Origin: Catajapyx aquilonaris
Taxonomy: Eukaryota
NCBI GenBank assembly: GCA_000934665.2
Contig: KZ537973.1
Span: forward strand, 62,001-126,000
DNA length: 64,000 bases
Direction: 5' to 3'
Shown here: positions 1 through 10,086 of the stretch, in pieces
Layout of the letters: the number at the start of each line of letters is the position of its first letter
Position numbering within the stretch: the first letter of the stretch is position 1
Position numbers and translations under genes: made by a program
The notes under the pieces: model-generated
What the model was told of the DNA's origin: nothing
The model's database searches: none
The model's input: only the letters and a program-made list of their open reading frames with translations

Positions 1-157
1 GGAACATAAAACCCTGTTTGTAGACCCGGGACTGTCTGTAATGTCCTGCATTGATGCTATGAATGTCAGGTTACTGACTCAGCAATGCAATCGTGATTAT
101 TTTGCTAAGTATGTGTTGAAAGCTAACCTTGCACATTCCTACCCTTATCCATGATTA

Positions 158-569
158 CCGTATTTACGCGCATATAAGACGCACACGCGTGTAAGACGCA
201 CCCCGGTTTTGAGGCGAAAAATCGTGGAAAATTGGTTGTTGACTTATATAAGACGCACCCAGATTTATTGCTGTAGTTGGGGAACTGGCCTTGAGCTGCC
301 GGCAGCAACCTCATGTGCAATGCATGTGCATGTGGAATCCATTAGAATCCAGTAAAAAGGGGGGGCAAGTGGAAAATGGGACAATGCTATGCATCTGAAA
401 GGTATAGGTGGCAAGGTCACACCGGAATTGTGCACGTGTGTGGACGATTTCTCACGGGTTTCACCCATTGTGCCCTGCCGTATAAGATGCACACCCGTAT
501 AAGACGCACCCTACTTTTTGAGCTACAAAAATCGGAAAAAAGGTGCGTCTTATATGCGCGTAAATACGG
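158..569. mobile_element. Non-autonomous Tc1/mariner-superfamily DNA transposon (Tc2-type MITE), 412 bp
   Basis: Perfect 27-bp terminal inverted repeats CCGTATTTACGCGCATATAAGACGCAC (158-184 and 543-569), TA on both flanks (156-157, 570-571), and several internal TAAGA(C/T)GCAC subterminal repeats. CCGTA termini with TA duplication are typical of Tc2-group elements. No transposase ORF. Confidence 0.9.
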
Positions 570-925
570 TATATCCAAGCATAGAATCCCACTGATATTC
601 ACTGTACTCCCGATTATCTGGGTGTGGATTGTCCATGTTTCGGACGATCCGTGAATGACTAAAACAAAGAAAAGTCAGAAAAAACGTCAAATTTTCTCAC
701 AAATAAAGAAATCTAATACTTTTTTCAGAAGACAAACTAAAAATTTATGGAAATTTTTCTAATTTCAATTTAATATTATTTAAATCAGAATACAGTATGC
801 ACCATGGTTCATTAAAAACCTGTGAATAGATAATTTATGGCATCTAGAACCATATATCTGTGTTTTCAGATTAAAAATTCATTTCTATGGGCAGCACACT
901 CATGCTAAGAACCCAAAATTGTGTG

Positions 926-1000
926 CAGGTATACCTCGCTATTATGGTGGGTTAGGTTCTACAGGTTCTGTAGGCTGCTGCTGTGTAGTAAATTTGTGTG
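926..1000. mobile_element. Possible Tigger/pogo-like terminus fragment
   Basis: CAGGTATACCTCGC at 926 resembles Tigger-type TIRs (CAGGCATACCTCG). No partner TIR found, so the extent is uncertain. Confidence 0.35.
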
Positions 1001-1379
1001 CTGTGCCCCCAAAAAAAGATCCAAAAGTAAAAATCTGGAATCAATTTTCAAATGTTACCATTCACTGCATTACTAATAAAATGGGGCTGATATTTCCTCT
1101 GCGACGAAGTGGCGGGAGTCGGGGTGGAGGCACTGGTTGCAAGACTTGGGGAAAAGCATGGAAGACATTGTGCTGTTATTTGACATACCACTTTCACCCC
1201 TGAGGAGAATTGCAAAAACTTCTGCTGTCGATCTGAACTAACTTTTTCACACTGTGGTTTTAAATATACCAGCTCTTTTCAATTGCTAAGTTGCCATCAC
1301 GCTGTCTTGGTACAAACTCCCCACTGCTTGCAATGGCTCTAACAAGCAGTACTGCAATTTCTGTTTTCTTTTGGAACAG

Positions 1380-1522
1380 GTTACAACCATTTCCTATTTC
1401 GGAAAACCGAACAGGTCCTCAGACAGTGGACTTCCTGACCAAGCGTATTATGGCACTGGGAGCTGCGCAAAGCGGACAGTTTTTAGTGGACTGTGAGACC
1501 TACGTGTCAGTCCCCAACTTGG
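1380..1522 (+). CDS. MED20: Mediator complex subunit 20, internal coding exon (probable exon 2); partial gene
   Basis: Acceptor ttttcttttggaacag|G and donor TTGG|gtaagt bound a 143-bp exon (phase 2 in, phase 1 out). It encodes LQPFPISENRTGPQTVDFLTKRIMALGAAQSGQFLVDCETYVSVPNLG, which matches the MED20 N-terminus as I recall it (arthropod MGVTxLQPYP...KRLLALGA..GQFLVDCET; vertebrate GTFCVDCETY). The short MGVT exon 1 is not in the window. Confidence 0.88.
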
Positions 1523-1683
1523 GTAAGTACCATAAAACATCTAATGCCATTTATGTAGCTTGAGCACTTTACAGATCTGAGGAAAAATGAGTTGGTGACA
1601 TGAGTTGAATGAGAAGCATATGCTGATTACACTTTTCCTGTGGGTACATTAAGAAGTCAAGAAATAGCAATTTAATATAAATA

Positions 1684-2464
1684 CAGTAGAACCCCGATTA
1701 TCCACCCTATGAATATCCGTCTCCTTGGCATATCCAACTGCCCCACTCCTCCGCTCCAGTATATAGAACGGCATCCTACTTCAACACATATTGGCATTTT
1801 TTTGGTTAAAGTAGTGGAGAGATTTACTTTTTTAAAAATAATAATAGATACCCCGTGATAAGCGTTCTTGGGCTTTTTAGGGGATCATCTTTTTAAGTGA
1901 CTGACTTTAATCATTGCCTTTGCTGTGATGGATTTTGATATTGGGAGGAAATTGGAGAACCCCGAGAAAACCCACGTGAACACAGAGAGAACCCATCGAA
2001 ATCCTATCCACATAAACATCCTCCGTCCGATCCGGGGATCGAACTCGGGACCTTAGAGGTGGAAGGCTGTGGCGCTAACCACTCAGCCACTGTGTCACCC
2101 TGGAGAGATTTACTTGTTAGTAGCCAAAGCTAGGGTGCTGTCATTAATGCAGAAAAATAATGTAACATACTTTTTTCACCAGCAATAAATCTTCTGTTTT
2201 CTCAAGAAATACTCTACTGCTGATATGTATGTATTTTGTATTGTGTTGCCTTAGTTAAATTTCAATTCAGTACAGTTAACTGTGTATGTAACAGCTGAAC
2301 ATTTCACTATTTCTTGGAAAACCATAATACAAGTACAATATTTCATGCTTTTACATGATTTTTGTTGTGTTTCATTGAAGTTTTTTTGCTTGGATTATCC
2401 AGCATTTTTGTGTGTTCCGACCATGTCCCAGTCCCTCGGGTGACGGATAATCGGGGTTCTACTG
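1684..2464. mobile_element. pogo/Tigger-like MITE interrupted by a SINE
   Basis: Perfect 20-bp TIRs CAGTAGAACCCCGATTATCC (1684-1703 and 2445-2464). TA on the left flank and AA on the right (probably a mutated TA duplication). Confidence 0.85.
1830..2100 (-). mobile_element. Full-length tRNA-derived SINE with V-domain-like core
   Basis: The minus strand starts GGGTGACACAGTGGCTGAGTGGTTAGCGC (Pol III A box), followed by GAGTTCGATCC (B box). The core GTGGGTTTTCTCGGGGTTCTCCAATTTCCTCCCA resembles the V-SINE central domain. TAT/A-rich tail; 15-bp target-site duplication TGGAGAGATTTACTT at 1815-1829 and 2101-2115. Confidence 0.9.
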
Positions 2465-3332
2465 AAGTTGTATGTTGGCTTTAAATTTCAACCACTACTG
2501 ACCCTTCAGGAATGTACGTGGAGAATTACAGAAAGGGAAAGGAATCTTGGCTTTTTGCTATTTTGTACCAAACTGTGTCAGTTATATTCCATGAAACCAT
2601 TTTATAAGGCAAGAATGTGATTATTAACTTTGCAGTTCTTCTTAAACCATAGGACTCTGCTGGCACTATTGCATGCATGCTTTATTTTTGTTGCTGAGTC
2701 AGTAAATATTACTTACAGATTATAGGCTATAATGTCACTCATACCAGTGCTACACTACTTAATCCCAACATTAATTTAGCCTTGAAAGTACATTAGTTAA
2801 GGAAGTCCATTATGTCATGACAGATGCATCAGACTGTCTCGTCGGACTGTTTGTCAGACACTAAACGATGCCTGACTTTTACAAATCTTGTACTGTACTC
2901 CCACAGAAGGATTAATTCAAAATTACCTGTATTCCCAGTTGTTCATTTCATTTGTCATTTCCTGAAAATGCAGAACAGGGTCATCTAAAAAAAAAGCCAA
3001 CACTTTTTAGATGTCATGAGTATATTTCACTTCGCTAGTTTCATATCTACAAAAGGCATACCATTTTGTTTTGACGATAACATTATGTACAGGGAGCTGT
3101 ACAAAAAACATCTACAACACAACACTCTCTTTACTCTTGTTTATCCAGGTTGTTGGGTTGGGGAGGACAGGACGAGAAAAAAAAAATTGGTAGGGTTGGT
3201 TTAAAGAGCCATAAGTACTGAAAACTTTTAAATCTGAGGAACTTGTCACAGCCCTGCTAAGTAAATGCAGCCATGCATACTGAGAACTCAGGATGGAGCT
3301 ATTAGAAGCAGCTCTGCTCTATATTCGGTACA

Positions 3333-3360
3333 TTATTATTATTATTATTATCATCGTCAT
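3333..3360. repeat. (TAT)n/(CAT) microsatellite
   Basis: ttattattattattattatcatcgtcat. Confidence 0.7.
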
Positions 3361-5627
3361 AATTTAATTATTTATTATCGTTATCTGGAAGCTAGCCCCT
3401 CTCCTCTTGAGGTCTCGAAAAAACGCGAAGCCTATGCGGATATGATGGTCGATATGGATTCTGGTTGGGATTGGGTTTAGGGGGGATTAAAAGTTGAATT
3501 CGTTTATTAACGTTCACCCTCAGTATAACTCACGCATACTCAGTGACCTATGCGTAAAACACTGGAGAACTCGCTACGTTGATTTGATAAAATTGAGTGA
3601 ATCCCTTTTACACCCCCTCCTTCAGCTACACTTTAGGTCTAAATAATAATAATAATTAAAAAAAGAATGTCTCAAGAGAGGAAGGAAACATTATTGTCTG
3701 CAAGTAGTAGTGATGCACCGAACATTATTGTCAGAAGTTTCCATTTCGACGGCTTTACAATGCAACGCGAAGTCATTTTATTTTTTAAAAACACATTTTC
3801 TGAAAACATACATGTATTACACGCACCCTCCCAACTTTTCACAAAGTTAAAACCCAGTTCAGAAGCGTTACCCTGATTTTTATCGACACCGTCTGCAGCC
3901 ATTTCTCACATGATTTTTGCAAAATAATTACACATGAAAGAAGTTTACAAAAAAGGAAAAAAAAAAAGAAAATTGTGGCCCTGCCTTTAAATTATTGTCG
4001 TTAGTTGTATCTGTGGACAAGTTCAAAATGGCAAGTTTTAAAACTGCGTCATTTTTAAACTTGGAAGACGTAGGATTACGAGTTGTGATGTGAAGAGTTT
4101 GATCTCAAAATTCATGACGTACACTCGGTTCCAAGTTGGCAAAATGATGAAAGAAGCAACCAGAGGCACGTGACGTATCTCGCGATCAATTTCTCCAATT
4201 TTTTAACTCTATGATTGCCGCCAAAAATGTTCTCTTTCTACTTAAAACATGCTCTAGTTTACAACACCTCTTAAAACTACACTACTAGCTCAGTAGGTGG
4301 AACATGTTTAGCATATTTTATTTTACATTTTATTTCTTTCATGTGAGAGATAGCCACAGTTCTCAAGATCGTACTTTTTTTTAAAAACCGTGGCTAAAAC
4401 GATATTGTGCGTTGCGGACCACGTGATCGCATGTCATTTTTGCAATGCGTTTATGCGTAATAATTAAAACTTTTAATCTGCCCTTTTGTCTCTCTGGACG
4501 GGGGTCAGTACTTATACTGCATTTTTTTAAACGCTAGCCACATAGCACAGGGAGTTTTCAAACTAATAATAATAATTACCAGAGCGCATTAAGAAGGCTC
4601 CTGCACCGCTAATGAGTATAACATTATTGCTGATTGAGTTGTCAACCATAGTTGGACTCGGTTAAAGGATTGGTCACTAGCATGTTGTGTCAAGTTTTTT
4701 TTTTAATGCAAAAGGCACTGGTTAACTTTTGCAAATACATTTTGCGACCATTCCATTAACAAATTGCCCGGCCCTGGAGACCAACTCAAAAACATAAATA
4801 AATTAATGTGTCTGAACACATTTCTCTTGATAGCTAAAATAGGTTCATAATCACTCTTGCTCAATTTTTTTTTGTTCATGTCCAAGTGTCTTCTGTACAG
4901 GCGTCCAATCACTTTTAGCTCACCATTCACTTTGAAAGGCTGTAATTTCATGGCCTCCTTTAAAAAAAAAAAGATCCCGGTTAACACTTGAGTCTGCTGC
5001 TTATTATTAAGCCAGAGATATTGAGCAATTGGGGATGTTGGCTAGTAAACGTCCCACAGCTTGCGAATGCGCAGGATGAATATTATTTAAATGCTGTTGC
5101 CCACTTTTTAAACACACTTTTTCTTTAAATGCCGGGGGATGTCCACGGGGGGGTTAAAGCACATATATTCAGCTGGAAAGCTGTGATGCCAAGTGATATT
5201 ACATGGTGATTGTCACATGGTTAGATGGAAAGGGCCTAATATTGGATTAATTTGTCAATTTGTTTCTTTTAAAGTATAGCCCTCATATGGCCGTCCACGT
5301 GATATGCTGAGATATGCTCAATATTAGGCGATTGTCCATCACGGCACAAAACGCTGAAATGTGTACTTCAAGGCCGGTTTCATGCAGGTTCAGCGCCAAC
5401 TGGTTAGGGCATGACGCGTAACCCAACTTGGTAAAACCGGACTTTTCGCCCTTTAATTAAATTTTAGAAGGGGAAACTGGGCAACACTACATGACGCCGT
5501 TGGGCCTAGTCGTGTGCCCTGGTACGACATCTGAAGCCTACTCTTTTTTGCCCGGTGCAAAGGAACACAGCAGTGTAACCTCTAGCTCATAACGGCCCCA
5601 CCTACAGACTACACACATGCGTCAGCA

Positions 5628-5633
5628 TTTATT
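5628..5633 (-). terminator. Candidate polyadenylation signal of the sugar transporter gene
   Basis: AATAAA on the minus strand about 450 bp past the stop codon, near where the GC-rich 3' UTR gives way to more AT-rich sequence. Confidence 0.6.
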
Positions 5634-6076
5634 TTAACAAATCACCATGCATTGACCTCGCACAAGAATTTCGTTGTAAACACCAAGTGGCAGCTTATGC
5701 GCGCGTGTATGGTACGTCGACTCTTCCCTTTGTTCACACGAGGTACTCCTTGAAGGTACCAGTCTCAGTGTCCTTGGAGGGAAACGTAATATGCGACATG
5801 TGTATGGGTTGCTGCTGGAACCGCCTGTGAGCAACGACGAGGGGGTCATGTCGGTGTGCGTATGTACACTTGCCGATACAAGAGCGTAGGGCGCATCGCT
5901 TCCGCCGCGCGGGGCCGCGCGAGGTGGAGCAGCCTTCGTCAGGTATAAGGGCTGCTGCAGGCGGCGTCGTGGCGTCACCCTGGCGCGGCGGGATGCAGAA
6001 AGGTTCATACGACGCTGACCCTGTAGGACCGGTTGTGGTCCTGCAGGAGACAGAGGGAGTTGCAGGTGTGCTGTGG

Positions 6077-9000
6077 TCAGGCTAACGTAGCCTTTTGCTC
6101 CATCTCCTCCAGACCTATTCCCTTGGTCTCGGGAACCCACACCACGACGAAGAACAGGCCGATGACCGATATGGCCGAGTAGAGCCAGAAGGCCCCGTAC
6201 AAGCCCAGGGTCAGCCTGAAGTCCACGAAGGTCTTGACCCCGACGAAGGCACAGGCGTAGCTGAAGGAGGTGGCCAGGGCGCCTCCCAGTCCCCGGTGCT
6301 CCAAGGGAAACAGCTCCCCGATCAGCAGCCACGAGATTGGACCAATCCCCAAGGAAAAGGCCAGCGTGAAGACCAGCACGCAGACCAGAGGGATCCAGTC
6401 CAGCTGGGGATGAATCTCCGGGTCCACCATGCGGGAGGACGCCGCCGCGGCAGAAGACACGATGTCCTCGTAGTAGACGAACAGCCCGAATCCGGCCAGG
6501 GCCACGGAGATGAACAGGTTGCTGCCTATCAGCAATGGGATTCGCCCCACGGTGTCGATCAGGAGGCCTGAAGTCAACGCGGCCAGCAGCTGGACGCCCC
6601 CGACGGCCACGGCGGCCCCATGAGGATTCATGCCGCCGAAGGTCTGCCTGAAGATGGGCACCGCGTAGAAGTTGAAGGCGTTTGCCCCTGGAAATGCAAA
6701 TAGCAAGGAAGACGTAGAGTCGCAATACATGCTGACGATGCCACATGACACTGGAACATTGACTGGGAAATGCAAACAGTCGTTTTCAGCACATTTGTAT
6801 TCTGTACCAGTCGAAGCTGTCTCCTGCAGGGGAATTTTTGTCTGCAGAGGTATTTCTGTATTGACATTGACAGTGTCCTTTCGACTACACTTTTTAAAAG
6901 CGATTACGTGTAACAGATACCGCTAATGGAAACCGCTACGACTAACCGATTGCCGTGTACATGTTCCAGTCAACCTTGCAGTGCTGTGCAATCGGATTCC
7001 GTTGAATGTACAGCACAGTACATGCTGTAGTTGATACTGCTTGCTTAAGAGATAGCCGGTTACATGCGCCAAGTCAACCAATCCCAGTGACCAAATTTAG
7101 ATATCACAAGACCGTCTTCAACTATATATACCAAGAGAAAACCTGCTGCAGTACCTGAGAATCGCTGGAAGAACATGAGGCCGCAGGTGATGAGCACCGG
7201 CCGTCCGATCCTGGGTGCCAGATACCGCATCCTCCTGAACCTGAGTCTGATCAGAAGGGGCAGGCCCCGGGGCGGCCCCTCCCTCCCGGCCGCCTCCGCC
7301 TCTGCCGCCAGCGCCTCTGTCTCCGCCTCGTTCTGCGCCTCCTCCTCTGCCTTCTTCTTCCGTATGTTGGACCTCAGGATGCTGAGCTCTGCGCCTATAT
7401 CGGCCTTGGCTCCCCTGAGCCACTGCAGAGACCTGCAGGCCTCCTCGTCCTTGTCCTGCAGCAGAAGGAAGCTGGGCGTCTCCGGGATGGGCAGGACGGC
7501 CACCAGGAGACTCAGAGGGGCCACGGTCGCCACCATGGCCAGCTGCCTCCAGTCCAGATACGCACCGAGAATGAAGCTCATCAGCACACCGACATGACCC
7601 GCGATTTTGGACAGCGCGCTCAGACAGCCCCGGATGTCCGGGTGCGCTATCTCGCTTATGTACACCTGAGAAGGAACGACAGAGGATATATAGTTCCATC
7701 TAGATTGTGCCGGAAGTCGAGACCTGTATACCAACCTGAGAGACCAGTAGAACTAGGGCTGAGCAGAACCCGCCGACGAACGATGTGGCGTAGATCATCT
7801 CGACGCGGTCGGCGAAGATGGTGAACAGCCAGGAGGCCGAGAAAGGAGTGGACACGAGCAGGAGAGTCTTCTTTCGACCCAGTCGCAGGGCCATGGCGCC
7901 CAGGATCCCTCCGAAAAGAGCACCTGAAAGATGAAGCACACGTTATGCGGTTGCTGGTTAAGTAATCAACATAGCCACTTCTTATGTCCAAGCTTTAAAA
8001 GCAGAATTAATTGAGCCTGCAACGCACACTGGGACAGAAGAAGTGGGGTGTATACATCATTACTCCGAGCATGTGCGAGTGACCTCGTTTTGCGCAGAGT
8101 GGCTTTTATCCTGACAGTCGAGAGCCACCCGTGCGACTCAATTGCTCGGAGGGTGGCCTAACTGTCAGGATGAACTCTGGAAACACCGGCCTTTGAAACG
8201 TATTTTATTTTATTTTGCATGTGTCGGTGTCGTACCGAGTAGTGAGAGGCTGGCGACCCATGACCCCTCCTGGTCCGAGACTTTGAAAGTGCCAGTGGAG
8301 GCGTGCTTGGCCTGCTCCTGCAGCGAGGCCAAGGCTGGCGAGCTGTACCCTTTGCCCAGGCCGGCTGCGAACGGACCCAGGGACACGGCCAGAGCTGCCA
8401 GCAACTGCAGGAATAAAAAAGAGAGCCACCAATCAGATGGTCATCAACCAATGAGTGTGTCTGCCTATCCTCCTCTCTTTTTTTCTGGAGCGTGTAACGT
8501 ATCGGACTACAGTGCCCGGGGATCCGCACACTTGTTTGGAGGCAAACTTTTTTGTGTGTGTGTTGTCCACTCGATAAATGCGAGCGTGTCTTTCTATACT
8601 AGGGGATGGTGATATAGGGAAGGGTGGATTACACAGCATCGTTTTTTTTGGGTGTGTTTTAGAGCATGGGTTGCGCTGCACTTGCTGTAAAAAGCACCTT
8701 GTTGTTTGCCACGAGCGTAAGTGGTCGAACGAATTCGTCACTGAGGCTCCTATTCATCTGGTGGGTTGGTTCCATTGTAAAGTGCAATCGAGTGACGTCA
8801 GCAGGTCTTGTTTACATGAAGAGTACAGTGTTATAGGTCAGTGAAAAGTGACTTATATTTGTTTCTCACTGACTCTTATTACAATAATAATAGAGCCGTT
8901 CACACGGCACATATGCTTCTAGATCTGATTATTTTCGGATCACGAAACATTTGCGCCTTGTGAATAGCTTTAATGAGGCATGTAATTATTGCTTTTCTCT

Positions 9001-9854
9001 TAACTGATTGCTGGAGTGAGCAGTGCATAATAGTGCACTCTTGGACTGCGGATACTACATTCACCATTATAAAAGAGTACAGTAATTGAATTTGAATGAC
9101 GGTTTCATTCTTTTGTATTAGTCATATATCAATGTTGATACGACTTGGTTCAGGTGATCCAGACAACTGATAAGTTTATGAACACATTTGTAAAACTGAA
9201 TAATAAAGTACTAATTGACTATTTCGATGATTATGGCAGATCTCTTCACAATCAGATAAAAAGTCGCGTCCTATCTCTGCAACAAAAAATTGTGCCGATT
9301 ACAGCACGTATCAGAGACAGCCTTGAAGGTCAGTAAAGGCCATTGTCAGCAGCAATGAGCTGTCATATCATTTCCAGGAATCTGATCCTGCTATACACAG
9401 AGCCTCCTTAAAGATTAGATCAATTATGTCTTTCTGAGAATTTCAGCGACTCATTTCGTTCCAAGCATCTGGTGGAGGTTATTCTGAGATAACTGTTTTT
9501 GCGCTGAGGTTACGAGAACGTGCAAATATGGAGAGAAGTGTATTGGTAACGTCATCGCACTTTTGTGGCAGTGATGTCATTTGACTTTAGGCTCAAAGTT
9601 TTTCTCATTCACGAGAAGTTCCTTTGATTTGCATGTTCATACCGTAGCATCCTTGCAAAATTATAATATTAGTGTCAAAATTCTGCAAATTATTCCCTAT
9701 TTTTTAAAAAGCAATTGCCATAAGAATAATTATTGTACCATGCAGTACTTGATGGTTAAAATTAAAATGTTTTACAAAGTGTACTGACCTGTGCAAATTG
9801 TCCCTGACCCGTCGGAGGGACCAGTTGCATGTCGTAGGCAGGTATCGTAGCCAT
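6077..9854 (-). CDS. MFS sugar porter, facilitated trehalose transporter Tret1-like / SLC2A8 (GLUT8)-like, about 514 aa, 5 coding exons
   Basis: Exons (minus): 9854-9789, 8404-8236, 7923-7736, 7665-7155, 6687-6077. All introns are GT-AG with compatible phases; total 1545 nt. ATG lies in a strong context (CCGCCATGG) and the protein starts MATIPAYDMQLVPPTGQGQFAQ|LLAALAVSLGPF. Sugar-porter motifs present: LGRKK, YISEIA..IRG, PETP, DTVGR, GPISWLLIGELFP, VPETKG..LEE. Confidence 0.93.
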
Positions 9855-10086
9855 GGCGGAAAACCACGTTCACACTTAGGCGCACCGTGATCGCAACTCT
9901 CACTCAAAACACACAAACACACTATACAGACACACTCTGATTGGAAGATCAGTTGGGCGAGGACTGGCAGCAAAGCCTCGAGGCCTGTCCTAAGTCATGG
10001 CTGGGGCTTGCAGGAAGAGCAGATTAATGGTCACGTGGCCAACCAGCGCGCTGGGGATTTCCCATGGATGCTTGCTGATGCTAAGT
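9855..10086 (-). other. Spliced 5' UTR portion of the transporter's first coding exon
   Basis: A strong acceptor (long T run, then cctcccttctcag| with AG at 10087-10088) lies upstream of the ATG, implying at least one further non-coding exon upstream. Confidence 0.65.

Noticed and set aside
2025..2100. tRNA-like sequence with A and B boxes
   Set aside because: It is the head of a SINE bounded by a 15-bp target-site duplication, not a tRNA gene.
2510..2606. Possible MED20 terminal exon after cttcag| (GMYVENYRKGKESWLFAILYQTVSVIFHETIL*)
   Set aside because: Phase-compatible but has no resemblance to MED20 and a weak acceptor; it cannot be supported without RNA data.
5634..6746. 370-aa alternative-frame ORF, plus other long ORFs overlapping transporter exons (6095-6571, 7118-7699, 7175-7597)
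   Set aside because: Arg/Gly/Pro-rich shadow frames produced by the high GC3 of the real exons; no recognisable domain.
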